Below, one piece after another: positions 1 to 10,615 of a stretch of DNA of 64,000 bases. This DNA is from Escherichia coli (lineage in GTDB: Bacteria > Pseudomonadota > Gammaproteobacteria > Enterobacterales > Enterobacteriaceae): the NCBI RefSeq assembly GCF_003018235.1, contig NZ_CP027437.1; one strand, given 5' to 3'. Each line of letters begins with the position of its first letter. Position 1 is the stretch's first letter. Under the pieces are notes generated by a model. That model saw nothing but the letters and a program-made list of their open reading frames with translations. It had not been told where the DNA came from and ran no database searches. The position numbers and the translations under genes were made by a program.

Positions 1-2
1 CG

Positions 3-641
3 GTGATTGGCGTCCTGGCGGCAACGCTGGCTGCGGGTAATTCGCTGGAAGAAGCCTGCTTCTTTGCCAATGCGGCGGCAGGCGTGGTGGTCGGCAAACT
101 GGGGACATCCACGGTTTCGCCGATCGAGCTGGAAAATGCAGTACGTGGACGTGCAGATACCGGCTTTGGTGTGATGACCGAAGAGGAACTGAAGCTTGCT
201 GTAGCGGCGGCGCGTAAACGCGGTGAAAAAGTGGTGATGACCAACGGCGTCTTCGACATCCTGCACGCCGGGCACGTCTCCTATCTGGCAAATGCCCGCA
301 AACTGGGTGACCGCCTGATTGTCGCTGTGAACAGCGATGCCTCCACCAAACGGCTGAAAGGGGATTCCCGCCCCGTTAACCCGCTCGAACAGCGTATGAT
401 TGTGCTGGGCGCACTGGAAGCGGTCGACTGGGTGGTGTCGTTTGAAGAAGACACGCCGCAGCGCTTAATTGCCGGGATCCTGCCAGACCTGCTGGTGAAA
501 GGTGGCGACTATAAACCAGAAGAGATTGCCGGGAGTAAAGAAGTCTGGGCCAACGGTGGCGAAGTGTTGGTGCTCAACTTTGAAGACGGTTGCTCGACGA
601 CCAACATCATCAAGAAGATCCAACAGGATAAAAAAGGCTAA
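3..641 (+). CDS. hldE: HldE (RfaE) C-terminal part: bifunctional heptose 7-phosphate kinase / heptose 1-phosphate adenylyltransferase; 5' end lies outside the window
   Basis: ORF open from window edge; translation matches the adenylyltransferase domain of E. coli HldE ([14 protein letters not shown]...). Confidence 0.9.
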
Positions 642-720
642 CCGGAAAGCGGTTCACAGATCTCGCTTCGTAGCAGGTGGGCCTATTGACGCTGTTGTTT
701 TTTCAACCTAGAGTAAAGGA

Positions 721-868
721 ACAAGGGTAAGGGAGGATTTCTCCCCCCTCTGAATTGGTTGTTAATAAGCCTGGAAACTTACTAGTAACAACACAATCAG
801 TATGATGACGAACTTCATCATAACCCTTTCCTTATACAAGGCCCCTTCCTCGGGAGGGGCTTTCCCGT
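721..868 (+). ncRNA. Sib-type antisense sRNA (QUAD repeat), antitoxin partner of the overlapping ibs toxin ORF
   Basis: Promoter-like TTGACG (686-691), 17-bp spacer, TAGAGT (709-714); covers the opposite-strand ibs ORF; ends at GC hairpin 841-860 followed by U-rich tract; sequence recalled as E. coli QUAD/Sib repeat (AAGGGTAAGGGAGGATT...). Confidence 0.5.
762..821 (-). CDS. Ibs-family type I toxin, 19-aa hydrophobic peptide MMKFVIILIVLLLVSFQAY
   Basis: Hand translation of minus strand: ATG ATG AAG ... TAT TAA; SD-like GGAAAGGG 5 nt upstream; length and composition typical of IbsA-E. Confidence 0.6.
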   Translation of the reverse strand: MMKFVIILIVLLLVSFQAY

Positions 869-1059
869 TTCAGCCCCCTGCTGACTCCCCGATTGTTGAT
901 GAGCGCCGGACCTCGCGCAACGCTTTCCCAGAGGCAGTTTTCCCTTCCCCGAGCGGTCACGCAAAAGGCTGCAACGACCTGAGCATTTGCAGTTTTTTGC
1001 GGAATGCAGATATAAAAAATCCCCGGCTTTTTGGGCCAGGGATGTTCATAGTTGAAAAT

Positions 1060-2721
1060 TTATTCTACGTTTTCGGCGACGGGAGTTGTTGAGGTTAAGG
1101 GTGAAGTCAATGCCGCCAGCGAGCCGCCAGAAACACCGATTTCATTGAGCAAGGAGTCAATCAGTGGTGCCTGTGTGCGGTAAGAGAGTGCGGCAGACAA
1201 TGCCTGTTCTGCCAGGTTTCCGCCACTAACGCTGCCTGATGCCGCATTCCCCGCAGCACCACCTCGGTTCAATCCATCGACCTGAATAATCTTGATGCCG
1301 TCGATAGACTTCATCGGCTCAACGGATTTCTCTATTACTGCAGGTAACGACTGTAATAGCGCCAGTTTGAATTTAAGGCTGGTTTGTTCATCAGAAAGTA
1401 CGTTGATAGCGTCGTTCAGCGCACGTTGCGCTTCTGCTTCCGCCAGACCCTTTTTACGCGTAGCTTCGGCTAACTCAACGATTGCCGCCGCCTGCATCTC
1501 TGCGGCTTCTTTCTCTGCTTTCGCCCGCACGGTCAGTTCAACCGCTTTGGTTTCTGCATCCTGCGCGGCAGCGATTAGGGCAACTTGTTTAGCACGATCG
1601 GCTTCTGCGGTCTGGCGAGTTGTTTCTACGTTTTGCTGGGCGCTTACCGCTTCTGCAAGTGCAAGGTTGGCACGCGCTTCCGCTTGTGACTGCTGTTCCG
1701 ATTTGGCGGCAATAGCGATCGATTTCGTCTGGTTGGCGATTTCGGTGACCTGCTGCTGTTCGATCTCTTTAATGCGAACTTCACGTTCAGCTTCAACTTT
1801 TCTGGAACGGACGGCCTGTTTGCGGTCGATTTCCGTTTCCTGAATCTGTCGTTCAGCCAGAATTCGCGTCTGCTCTGCTTCCCGACGACGCTCGGCCTCA
1901 AAAGCCGCAATTTTCGCATTCTGCTCAGCGGTACGGGTTTTAACCTGCTGCTCCTGCTCAAGCGTCATAAACGCTTCTTGTTGTTCAATCTCCAGCTTCC
2001 GCGAAAGTGCATCACGGTTTTTCTCACGCACCGCAACTTCTACATCCTGTTCAACTTCGTTACGTTCGCGACGACGGCGCTCCGTCTCCTGCGTCAGCTT
2101 GGTTAAACCTTCGGCGTCAAAGGCGTTGTTAGAATTGAAATGTTCTTTCGAGGTCTGGTTAAAGTTGGTAAGTGAAACGCTTTCCAGTTCCAGGCCGTTT
2201 TTCGACAAATCTTCAGCTACGGTATTTTGTACGCCCTGCACGAAGTTCTCGCGGGTATCTTGTAACTCATGCATGGTCATTTGCGCAGCTGTTGCACGGA
2301 GGGCATCGACAAATTTATCTTCAACCAACATACGTAAGTCTTCAGGCGACAGTGTGCGTTGCCCCAGCGTCTGGGCAGCGGTGGCAATACCTTCCACTGA
2401 CGGTTTTACCCGCACAAAGAAAGCGACAACGACATCGACGCGCATACGATCTTTCGTAATCAGGCTATCAATGGTTGAGCGGCTGACTTCCAGCTTCAGG
2501 GTATTCATATTGATGGGGATTATTTCATGAAAGATCGGCATCACGATTGCGCCACCGCTCATTACCACTTTTTGCCCACCTAAACCAGTACGAACAAAAG
2601 CTTGCTCTGCCGAAGCGCGACGATAGAGCCTGGCGAAAATAATTCCAATAATAAACAGAATGCATACGGCAATAATTGCGGTAAACATCCAGGAGGGCAC
2701 AGAATTAACAATATCATCCAT
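1060..2721 (-). CDS. yqiK: YqiK, flotillin-like SPFH/band-7 membrane protein
   Basis: 553-aa ORF, N-terminal TM helix, long coiled-coil E/A/R/Q-rich region; matches E. coli YqiK. Confidence 0.9.
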   Translation of the reverse strand: MDDIVNSVPSWMFTAIIAVCILFIIGIIFARLYRRASAEQAFVRTGLGGQKVVMSGGAIVMPIFHEIIPINMNTLKLEVSRSTIDSLITKDRMRVDVVVAFFVRVKPSVEGIATAAQTLGQRTLSPEDLRMLVEDKFVDALRATAAQMTMHELQDTRENFVQGVQNTVAEDLSKNGLELESVSLTNFNQTSKEHFNSNNAFDAEGLTKLTQETERRRRERNEVEQDVEVAVREKNRDALSRKLEIEQQEAFMTLEQEQQVKTRTAEQNAKIAAFEAERRREAEQTRILAERQIQETEIDRKQAVRSRKVEAEREVRIKEIEQQQVTEIANQTKSIAIAAKSEQQSQAEARANLALAEAVSAQQNVETTRQTAEADRAKQVALIAAAQDAETKAVELTVRAKAEKEAAEMQAAAIVELAEATRKKGLAEAEAQRALNDAINVLSDEQTSLKFKLALLQSLPAVIEKSVEPMKSIDGIKIIQVDGLNRGGAAGNAASGSVSGGNLAEQALSAALSYRTQAPLIDSLLNEIGVSGGSLAALTSPLTSTTPVAENVE

Positions 2722-2747
2722 TATTAAATTTCCTTTTGATTAATAAA

Positions 2748-3377
2748 TTACAATATTTGGGGCCAGGGATTGTTTTCCGCCAAATATCGCGTTGCAGAAA
2801 GTCGGTAAATAATTAACACTTTGTCTCCTTTAGTGAAAATTTTTCCTTCTTCAGGCTCCAGTAGTAAATAATGTATTTGGCCAAATTGATCGGTGAGTTT
2901 TCCTTCGCAGGGATTACCTGAAGTGGCTTGATGACCGGTAATTAATGCCATGCTACCAATATATTCTTCTTCTGTAATAGCTGAGCTCTGGTCGCGTGGA
3001 ATCCAGGGCGCAATTATTTTACCGGTATAATGCACCGCAATAATCGTAAACAATAAACTGACAGGAACCACGAACAGGTTCGACAGTGGTGATTGCCAGA
3101 CCATGAGGCAGGCATGCTGCAACAGGATGCCAATAAGACCAAAAAAACCAGCCAGTAAGCAGAGAACGACGAGAGCTGGCAATCTTCCGATATTGAGATA
3201 ATGAAGTGCCTGGCTAATATGACCTGTGGTTATGGAATCATAATGGTCAAGATGTGCATCAAGTGCACCGGAGAGCATGTGACCGCAGATAAGCGCAAAA
3301 ATTTCTAAAAGGCCGATCAACAGTACAAAGGAAATAGCGAAAAGATAAGGGGTGTTATAGTCGGCGAATAAAATCAT
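2748..3377 (-). CDS. yqiJ: YqiJ, NfeD-like inner membrane protein partnered with YqiK
   Basis: 209-aa multi-TM ORF immediately upstream of yqiK in the same orientation. Confidence 0.85.
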   Translation of the reverse strand: MILFADYNTPYLFAISFVLLIGLLEIFALICGHMLSGALDAHLDHYDSITTGHISQALHYLNIGRLPALVVLCLLAGFFGLIGILLQHACLMVWQSPLSNLFVVPVSLLFTIIAVHYTGKIIAPWIPRDQSSAITEEEYIGSMALITGHQATSGNPCEGKLTDQFGQIHYLLLEPEEGKIFTKGDKVLIIYRLSATRYLAENNPWPQIL

Positions 3378-3645
3378 ATGTCACTCCAATGTCCATTTAG
3401 TGACGCAATATTTACTTTAGGATAGTTTCCTTGCTTACATTTATCTTTGTTAATAATAACACATGTTAGAGAAGTTCTGGAAGAGAAAGTCTTTTAATAT
3501 GGTTTTTTATTTTTCACTAAAAAGTGTGATCGGGGACAATATATTTACGCACGTTATGTTTAAAGGCACTACACTGATTGGGGAATACTGAAATCAGAAA
3601 AAGCATATGGCCTTAAAAGGTATGCGATAACCGGAGGATGTGCTT

Positions 3646-3846
3646 ATGGATCATAGTCTTAATTCTTTAAATAATTTCGATTTCCTGGCGCGTAGTTTTG
3701 CCAGAATGCACGCAGAAGGTCGCCCGGTCGATATTCTGGCCGTTACTGGTAACATGGATGAAGAACATAGAACCTGGTTTTGCGCACGTTATGCCTGGTA
3801 TTGCCAACAGATGATGCAAACCAGAGAACTTGAATTAGAACACTGA
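3646..3846 (+). CDS. glgS: GlgS, small stationary-phase protein
   Basis: 66-aa translation [18 protein letters not shown]... matches GlgS; GGAGGA RBS 8 nt upstream of ATG 3646. Confidence 0.9.
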
Positions 3847-3850
3847 TATT

Positions 3851-3873
3851 ACGGGCCGTCTGGCCCGTTTTTG
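3851..3873. terminator. Bidirectional rho-independent terminator between convergent glgS and ubiK
   Basis: Hairpin CGGGCC-GTCT-GGCCCG followed by TTTTT. Confidence 0.6.
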
Positions 3874-3880
3874 TGTTGCT

Positions 3881-4180
3881 TTATTCTGCTTTATCAATAG
3901 GCGGGATAGCCGGAGGAGATTGAAGATCTGCTACCGAATTATTGCGCGCTTCCAGTTCACTGATGCGCTGCTCCAGTAATGCCAGTTTCTCACGAGTCCG
4001 TAACAGGACTTGCGTCTGTACGTCGAATTCTTCGCGGCTCACCAGATCGAGACGCGTCAGCTGCCCTTGTAGGGTTTGGCGGATTTTTTTCTCCACATCT
4101 TCCCCGAACTCCCTGATTCCTTTAGGCATTGATTCGTGAACCTGGCGAGCGATTTGCTCAATTTTTTTCGGGTCAATCAT
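3881..4180 (-). CDS. ubiK: UbiK (YqiC), ubiquinone biosynthesis accessory factor
   Basis: Translation [32 protein letters not shown]... matches YqiC/UbiK; start taken at internal Met of the longer ORF. Confidence 0.85.
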   Translation of the reverse strand: MIDPKKIEQIARQVHESMPKGIREFGEDVEKKIRQTLQGQLTRLDLVSREEFDVQTQVLLRTREKLALLEQRISELEARNNSVADLQSPPAIPPIDKAE

Positions 4181-4299
4181 TGTAGTTTCCCTGTACTGAT
4201 AGGTGTTGAGTGCCATTGTAGTGCGATAAGGGTAAGTCATAAACCAGAATTATGTGAAGCTATGCGTTGCTGCCGCTAATCATTAGCGTTATAGTGAAT

Positions 4300-4455
4300 C
4301 CGCTTATTCTCAGGGCGGGGCGAAATTCCCCACCGGCGGTAAATCAACTCAGTTGAAAGCCCGCGAGCGCTTTGGGTGCGAACTCAAAGGACAGCAGATC
4401 CGGTGTAATTCCGGGGCCGACGGTTAGAGTCCGGATGGGAGAGAGTAACGATTCT
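4300..4455 (+). ncRNA. FMN riboswitch (RFN element) in the ribB leader
   Basis: Conserved RFN motifs GGGGCGAAATTCCCCACCGGCGGTAAA ... AGCCCGCGAGCGC ... GGACAGCAGATCCGGTGTAATTCCGGGGCCGACGGTTAGAGTCCGGATGGGAGAGAGT directly upstream of ribB. Confidence 0.85.
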
Positions 4456-4553
4456 GTCGGACATGGACCCGCTCACGTTATTTTGGCTATATGCCGCCAC
4501 TCCTAAGACTGCCCTGATTCTGGTAACCATAATTTTAGTGAGGTTTTTTTACC

Positions 4554-5207
4554 ATGAATCAGACGCTACTTTCCTCTTTTGGTACGCCTTTCGAACGTGT
4601 TGAAAATGCACTGGCTGCGCTGCGTGAAGGACGCGGTGTAATGGTGCTTGATGATGAAGACCGTGAAAACGAAGGCGATATGATCTTCCCGGCAGAAACC
4701 ATGACCGTTGAGCAGATGGCGCTGACCATTCGCCACGGTAGCGGTATTGTTTGCCTGTGCATTACTGAAGATCGCCGTAAACAACTCGATCTGCCAATGA
4801 TGGTAGAAAATAACACCAGCGCCTATGGCACCGGTTTTACCGTGACCATTGAAGCGGCTGAAGGTGTGACTACCGGTGTTTCTGCCGCTGACCGTATTAC
4901 GACCGTTCGCGCAGCGATTGCCGATGGCGCAAAACCTTCTGATCTGAATCGCCCGGGCCACGTTTTCCCACTTCGCGCTCAGGCTGGTGGTGTACTGACG
5001 CGTGGCGGCCATACTGAAGCGACTATTGATCTGATGACGCTGGCAGGCTTTAAACCGGCTGGTGTGCTGTGTGAGCTGACTAATGACGATGGTACGATGG
5101 CGCGTGCGCCAGAGTGCATTGAGTTTGCCAATAAACACAATATGGCGCTCGTGACTATTGAAGACCTGGTGGCTTATCGTCAGGCACATGAGCGTAAAGC
5201 CAGCTGA
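4554..5207 (+). CDS. ribB: RibB, 3,4-dihydroxy-2-butanone 4-phosphate synthase
   Basis: 217-aa ORF matching E. coli RibB; preceded by the FMN riboswitch. Confidence 0.95.
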   Translation: MNQTLLSSFGTPFERVENALAALREGRGVMVLDDEDRENEGDMIFPAETMTVEQMALTIRHGSGIVCLCITEDRRKQLDLPMMVENNTSAYGTGFTVTIEAAEGVTTGVSAADRITTVRAAIADGAKPSDLNRPGHVFPLRAQAGGVLTRGGHTEATIDLMTLAGFKPAGVLCELTNDDGTMARAPECIEFANKHNMALVTIEDLVAYRQAHERKAS

Positions 5208-5240
5208 AAATCGCTGCTTAATTTACTGTCTTAATCAAGA

Positions 5241-5275
5241 AACCGAAGTTGTAGCTGGCTTCGGTTTTTATTTTG
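5241..5275 (+). terminator. Rho-independent terminator after ribB
   Basis: Hairpin AACCGAAG...CTTCGGTT followed by TTTATTTTG. Confidence 0.6.
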
Positions 5276-5468
5276 CCCTGCTATGCAAGATGTTAATTCC
5301 GCTTCTCTTTCTATGAGAAAATTTCATTAATATCAGGCATTCTTTTTCATTATGATCAAAATCATATAATTGTTCCGTTATTATGCGACCATATGAATAT
5401 ATCCGAAAAAGGATATGTGAAATTTATGCGCTAAATGTTTAGTATTGTTAAATATTAAGGGTAAAAGG

Positions 5469-5639
5469 ATGTTTATCGCCTGGTACTGGATTGTATTGAT
5501 TGCTCTGGTTGTGGTGGGTTATTTCCTGCATTTGAAACGTTATTGTCGGGCGTTTCGCCAGGACAGAGACGCACTGCTTGAAGCGCGGAACAAATACTTA
5601 AACAGTACGAGAGAAGAGACAGCCGAAAAGGTAGAATAA
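5469..5639 (+). CDS. Small single-pass membrane protein (56 aa), uncharacterised
   Basis: ORF MFIAWYWIVLIALVVVGYFLHLKRY... with one TM helix and charged C-terminus; SD-like TAAGGG upstream; followed by hairpin 5657-5687 plus T-run. Confidence 0.45.
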   Translation: MFIAWYWIVLIALVVVGYFLHLKRYCRAFRQDRDALLEARNKYLNSTREETAEKVE

Positions 5640-5696
5640 GGCTTTCGTGAAGCTGGCAGAAGTTGTCCATGCGCTGGACAACTTCTGATGTTGTTT

Positions 5697-6470
5697 TTAA
5701 CCAATTCCCGCCGTTTGTAGCAGCACTAAACTGAATCCCATCACTGACATTCCACATAGTACGCCATAGCTGGGGTTATTATTAGGGTCAATCTCTTTGG
5801 CGAGCGGCATTAATTCATCAACCGAGAGCGCCACCATAATTCCTGCAACCGCCGCCATGATTGCCGCCATGACCACCGGGGAAATCATGCTACCGAGGAT
5901 TAACCACGCCAGCACACCACCAAGAATTTCTGCCAGTCCAGAAATCCCCGCCCAAAGAATCGCGGTGCGTTTAGACCCCGTTGCCGCGTAAACCGGGCCT
6001 GCAACCGCCAGACCTTCAGGAATATTGTGTAACGCAACGGCCAGTGCGATGCCAAAGCCCAGCTCCAGGTTGCTGCTCGCAGTGACAAAGGTGGCAATCC
6101 CTTCCGGGAAGTTATGCAGACTGATGCCGAGAGTGAGCAGAATGGCTGTGCGCTTGATCGATTTTGGCAACGGCTGCACCGATTTTTGCATTAAATCCTG
6201 CGGATGCGCATGTGGCAACATGCGGTCCAGGCCAAAATAGCCAAGCAGACCGAAGATAAACATTCCATAACCCAACACAGGCGACATTCCTTCGGCTGCT
6301 AGTGCGGCAGGAAGCATTTCCATTAATGAGATGAGCAACATGATCCCCGCCGCAAATCCTAGCGAAAACGCCAGTAAGCGGTTCGAGGGTTTTTGCCCGA
6401 GAACGCCGAGAAACGCGCCAATAAACGTGGCTGCCCCCGCCAGTATGGTCAGAATGAGAGGTACTGACAT
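5697..6470 (-). CDS. zupT: ZupT, ZIP-family zinc/divalent metal transporter
   Basis: 257-aa translation from [16 protein letters not shown]... matches ZupT; start at internal Met of the longer ORF. Confidence 0.9.
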
Positions 6471-6585
6471 CGACAACTCCTTATAAATCTTCACCTTCAG
6501 GCAGATCGTCAAAATAACTGATGATCATCATCATTGTTATCCGGGTTCTTACTCCGCCGAACAAGCGTATTGTGAGGATATCAAA

Positions 6586-7401
6586 ATGACACCTTTAGTT
6601 AAGGATATCATCATGTCTTCAACACGTATGCCAGCATTGTTTTTAGGTCACGGTAGTCCGATGAACGTGCTGGAAGATAATTTGTATACCCGCAGCTGGC
6701 AGAAGTTGGGGATGACATTGCCACGCCCGCAAGCGATTGTGGTGGTTTCGGCTCACTGGTTTACCCGTGGAACAGGAGTGACCGCGATGGAGACGCCGCC
6801 CACGATTCATGACTTTGGTGGCTTCCCGCAGGCGCTGTACGACACGCATTATCCTGCTCCGGGTTCGCCTGCGCTGGCACAGCATCTGGTTGAGCTGTTA
6901 GCGCCGGTCCCGGTGACGCTGGATAAAGAAGCCTGGGGCTTTGACCACGGCTCGTGGGGCGTGCTGATTAAGATGTATCCTGACGCCGATATTCCGATGG
7001 TGCAGTTGAGTATCGACAGTAGCAAACCTGCCGCCTGGCATTTCGAAATGGGGCGCAAACTGGCAGCGCTGCGGGATGAAGGAATAATGTTGGTCGCCAG
7101 CGGTAACGTGGTGCATAACCTGCGTACGGTGAAGTGGCACGGTGATAGTTCACCGTATCCTTGGGCGATGTCGTTTAATGAGTATGTAGAAGCGAATCTG
7201 ACGTGGCAAGGGCCGGTAGAGCAGCATCCTCTGGTGAATTATCTCGACCATGAAGGTGGCGCGTTATCTAACCCAACGCCAGAGCACTATCTGCCGTTGT
7301 TGTATGTGTTAGGTGCGTGGGATGGGCAGGAGCCAATTACCATTCCGGTCGATGGTATAGAAATGGGCAGTTTAAGTATGTTGTCGGTGCAGATAGGTTA
7401 A
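6586..7401 (+). CDS. ygiD: YgiD, extradiol ring-cleavage (DOPA 4,5-dioxygenase-like) enzyme
   Basis: 271-aa ORF matching E. coli YgiD. Confidence 0.85.
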   Translation: MTPLVKDIIMSSTRMPALFLGHGSPMNVLEDNLYTRSWQKLGMTLPRPQAIVVVSAHWFTRGTGVTAMETPPTIHDFGGFPQALYDTHYPAPGSPALAQHLVELLAPVPVTLDKEAWGFDHGSWGVLIKMYPDADIPMVQLSIDSSKPAAWHFEMGRKLAALRDEGIMLVASGNVVHNLRTVKWHGDSSPYPWAMSFNEYVEANLTWQGPVEQHPLVNYLDHEGGALSNPTPEHYLPLLYVLGAWDGQEPITIPVDGIEMGSLSMLSVQIG

Positions 7402-7408
7402 TAAAAGA

Positions 7409-7440
7409 ACCCGAAGCCAGAACGACTGGCTTCGGGTGTT
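7409..7440. terminator. Hairpin terminator between convergent ygiD and dsbI
   Basis: Perfect 12-bp stem ACCCGAAGCCAG / CTGGCTTCGGGT. Confidence 0.5.
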
Positions 7441-7446
7441 GCTGAG

Positions 7447-8118
7447 TTAGCCTCTGATGATTTTAAGCGCCCATGCGCCACTCATAATGACCAGCAGCAC
7501 CAGACACATACCAAAAGCCAGCATACAAGCCTGAGCCATATTCATAAAATGCCATGGTGGTAGCAGATACCAGCCTTCAGATTGCTGATACATTTCCACA
7601 AACCACTGTTGCGTGCTGCTCAGTGTGACGCCATCAGGAACGATTGGTGCGTCATAGCCACAATCCCCGGTAGGCTTGAACCAATTTGGTGCCCACTGTG
7701 CCAGCGGCAGGTTAAAGGGAAAAGTTGGATCGGTAGAGCACCCCTGTACGCCAAACAGTGAATCGGGATCCGGATTATGTACTGCATGGTGGATATCGTT
7801 CAGTTTGAGCGAAAACTTCAGTCCCAAAATGCTGCCGTAAAATGCCATCACGCAGCCAATTAGCTTTAGGATGATGTTCTTTGGGTTGATCGCTGCAACC
7901 AATCCTCCAATAACCATCACAAACATGGCGTAGCGAATGTATACACATTGCTCACAGGGTGCCATGTAGAGATAGATCTGGAAAAAAGAGTGCGCCAGGA
8001 TAATTAACGCGCCCATCGCAATGGCCATTAACAACCACAAAAAACGTTGTTCTTGCCATCTTACCAGCGTGTCCACCGGTGAAGTGCGAAGGTCTTTCCA
8101 CATTCCCTTAATACCCAT
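7447..8118 (-). CDS. dsbI: DsbI, DsbB-like membrane thiol oxidase
   Basis: 223-aa multi-TM ORF with CxxC-type cysteines, last gene of the assT-dsbL-dsbI operon. Confidence 0.85.
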   Translation of the reverse strand: MGIKGMWKDLRTSPVDTLVRWQEQRFLWLLMAIAMGALIILAHSFFQIYLYMAPCEQCVYIRYAMFVMVIGGLVAAINPKNIILKLIGCVMAFYGSILGLKFSLKLNDIHHAVHNPDPDSLFGVQGCSTDPTFPFNLPLAQWAPNWFKPTGDCGYDAPIVPDGVTLSSTQQWFVEMYQQSEGWYLLPPWHFMNMAQACMLAFGMCLVLLVIMSGAWALKIIRG

Positions 8119-8132
8119 AGCCTGTTTCCCTG

Positions 8133-8801
8133 TTATTTGCTTGCTAACTCGCGGATAAGGTCTGCCATTGAGTCAATAGATTTAATACTCTTGGTGTAGA
8201 TCAGGTATTTACCATTGACGACATACGCCGGAACGCCCTGGATTTTTGCAACTTCATAAGAGGCTTTCCATTTTTCCAGCGTTTCCTGAACTGCAGGCTC
8301 TTTCAGCGCGGCTTCAAAATCGGCCTGACTCATACCTGCGGCGTCCAGTCCGGTTGTGATAAAGGCAGCCGGATCTTTACCATCAGACCAGCGTTCTTTT
8401 TTGTCATGATAAGCCGCGTAATAAGCAAACTTGGCTTTCTTAAACTGAGAGTTAGCATCAAATAATGAAATACCTGCTGCTTTATCTTTATTGATCAAGA
8501 CCGCAAAGACTTCGCTTGCTTGTTTGCCGTATTCACCTTTTGTTTCCAGATGGAATGGAGTAAAAGCAACGATATCTTTCACTTTTTCCGATACCGGACC
8601 GGTAACCGCTTTGTCGTACTTGTAACAGAACGGGCAGGCGTAGCTAAATACCTTAATCAGCGTTTTGTCGGCATTCGGAATAGGTTTTTCCAGAACCATG
8701 TAATCCGTGCCTTCGGTAAATGCAGAAGCGGTAAATGAAACAGCCAAAGCTGCGGTAAGCAGTATGGTTTTAAATAGTGATGAGATCCCTAATTTCGACA
8801 T
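8133..8801 (-). CDS. dsbL: DsbL, periplasmic DsbA-like thiol:disulfide oxidoreductase
   Basis: 222-aa ORF with signal peptide and CPFC active-site motif. Confidence 0.85.
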   Translation of the reverse strand: MSKLGISSLFKTILLTAALAVSFTASAFTEGTDYMVLEKPIPNADKTLIKVFSYACPFCYKYDKAVTGPVSEKVKDIVAFTPFHLETKGEYGKQASEVFAVLINKDKAAGISLFDANSQFKKAKFAYYAAYHDKKERWSDGKDPAAFITTGLDAAGMSQADFEAALKEPAVQETLEKWKASYEVAKIQGVPAYVVNGKYLIYTKSIKSIDSMADLIRELASK

Positions 8802-8818
8802 TTTTATTCCCTTCTTAA

Positions 8819-10615
8819 TTATTTGAACATCTGTTGTGGACGGACTAACAGTGCACGATAGTGAGTCTGATTGGGTTTATCTGACAGCACGTCGATTTCC
8901 ACTTTCACTTCTTTGGTTTTGTAATCGATTTCGTTCAACTTACCGACGGTTGGCTGCCCGACATCGAACAAATGAATAGAACCACCGAAGCCAAACATGG
9001 TGTTACGGTCGGCTTGATATTCAATGATGGAGGTAATCGGGCTATAGAAATCGTAGCCACGTTCTTTACCGTATTCCCACACTTGCTGAACGGTGCCTTT
9101 CTTCTCATCAATCTTATATTCCACAAAGCGGGAGTATTTCATGGTTGGTAAGGCAGGTTGTTCCAGATGACGCCCATCGCCATTATCAAAAATGGTGAGC
9201 GTTCCTTTGCTGGAAATCCAGGCGGTATGCTGGGTGTAGGTAAAGTCGAAGTCTGAGTTTTCGCACAGGCCATTTTCGTTACAGGTAATTGGCTTACCGT
9301 TAGCATCAACCGGTTTCAGCAGCTTGCTGGCCAGCGGTTTTTCCCAACCTTTAGAGGGCGCAAGGATCCATTTCACTTGCTTATCACGACCAATTTTCAC
9401 AACACCCTGGTGGCGAGAGGAGAGGATGATTGAGTCGTCTTTTGCGTCATAGGCGATTGAGTTAACGTGCGCCCAGTTACGACCTGGCCCTACACCCAGC
9501 GCGTCGCCGAACGGTGTATCTGGTTCCAGTTTTGCCTGTTGTCCTGCATGGGCAAGGTCAACGTTAACGCAAACTGCACCTGCATCCAGCGCGCCGAGCA
9601 GTGCATCGCGTTTCGGATCGAGGATCTTGGTCAGATCCCATACATCGACAACGCGACCAGATTTATCGACTTCGAGGATATGGTCACGAATGGTGGTGAC
9701 GTGTACGCCGTCATCGCGACGATAGTTACTCTTACCTACGCGCAACAGTACCGTGCCATTTGGCATCTCAATGGACTCATGAGTAGCGTCAGCAAATCCG
9801 CGCGGTAGTTTGTGATCTTCGAGCACCTGCCCCATCATGTCGAACTCGTACCAGTGCTGACCTTGTACAGCGGTAAAGGTGCCGCGTGGCGTTTCGCGGA
9901 TACCCATCAGATAACCACGCTTGTTGATATCGCGGTCACGACCATCGTAGAAAGTGTCTTGATCCAGCCACCAGCGGTATTCACCTTCGGTATCGACGAT
10001 GAAAGTAAAGGGCGCGATATCAAAAGGTAGTGCGCCGGTTGCCGGACCCGCATCAAGGATACCGGCATTTTTATCTTTCTCACCATGCCAGTGGAGATCG
10101 GAACCTTGGGCGGTAAAGGTGTGGGTATTAACCAGATAGAGGCGATCTTCAAAACCCGGTGCGACTTTAATAACTTTGGTCTGTTGTAAATCGGAGATAG
10201 AGCGGTTATCCATGTAATTATTGACGATGGCCGAAGTGTGCACCACATAATCATCTTTCATGACCTTGCCGTTTTCTTTCCACTCAACGGTCACTTTGTT
10301 AGCAAATTTCTGATAAAGACCAAAAATCGGTACACCATCGTAAGTTTTTAGTGATTCCTGACCCACGGGATAGCTGATTTCTACGCCTTTTTCGCCCTTC
10401 CCATGGACGGTAACTTTGACGTCAGAAATAACATGGCTATCTAAGTCAACCAAAGCGGTCAGTGGTGCATTGCCGTAGGGATCGACAATGACCGCACCCA
10501 GTTGCCCGGCAGGCGGTGCGGGTTTAAAACCTGCTGCCATCACCCCCGGTGCTGACAAACCCAGAGTTATCGCCACAGCTCCGGCTACCAGAGTTTTTCT
10601 ATATTTATCAAACAT
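8819..10615 (-). CDS. assT: AssT, periplasmic arylsulfate sulfotransferase
   Basis: 598-aa ORF with signal peptide; matches the ASST family; first gene of the three-gene operon. Confidence 0.9.
   Translation of the reverse strand: MFDKYRKTLVAGAVAITLGLSAPGVMAAGFKPAPPAGQLGAVIVDPYGNAPLTALVDLDSHVISDVKVTVHGKGEKGVEISYPVGQESLKTYDGVPIFGLYQKFANKVTVEWKENGKVMKDDYVVHTSAIVNNYMDNRSISDLQQTKVIKVAPGFEDRLYLVNTHTFTAQGSDLHWHGEKDKNAGILDAGPATGALPFDIAPFTFIVDTEGEYRWWLDQDTFYDGRDRDINKRGYLMGIRETPRGTFTAVQGQHWYEFDMMGQVLEDHKLPRGFADATHESIEMPNGTVLLRVGKSNYRRDDGVHVTTIRDHILEVDKSGRVVDVWDLTKILDPKRDALLGALDAGAVCVNVDLAHAGQQAKLEPDTPFGDALGVGPGRNWAHVNSIAYDAKDDSIILSSRHQGVVKIGRDKQVKWILAPSKGWEKPLASKLLKPVDANGKPITCNENGLCENSDFDFTYTQHTAWISSKGTLTIFDNGDGRHLEQPALPTMKYSRFVEYKIDEKKGTVQQVWEYGKERGYDFYSPITSIIEYQADRNTMFGFGGSIHLFDVGQPTVGKLNEIDYKTKEVKVEIDVLSDKPNQTHYRALLVRPQQMFK

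Noticed and set aside
802-1092. 96-aa plus-strand ORF starting MMTNFIIT in the hldE-yqiK spacer
   Set aside because: Starts in the near-palindromic ATGATG region opposite the ibs toxin ORF and runs through the Sib terminator hairpin; better explained as the non-coding Sib RNA strand.
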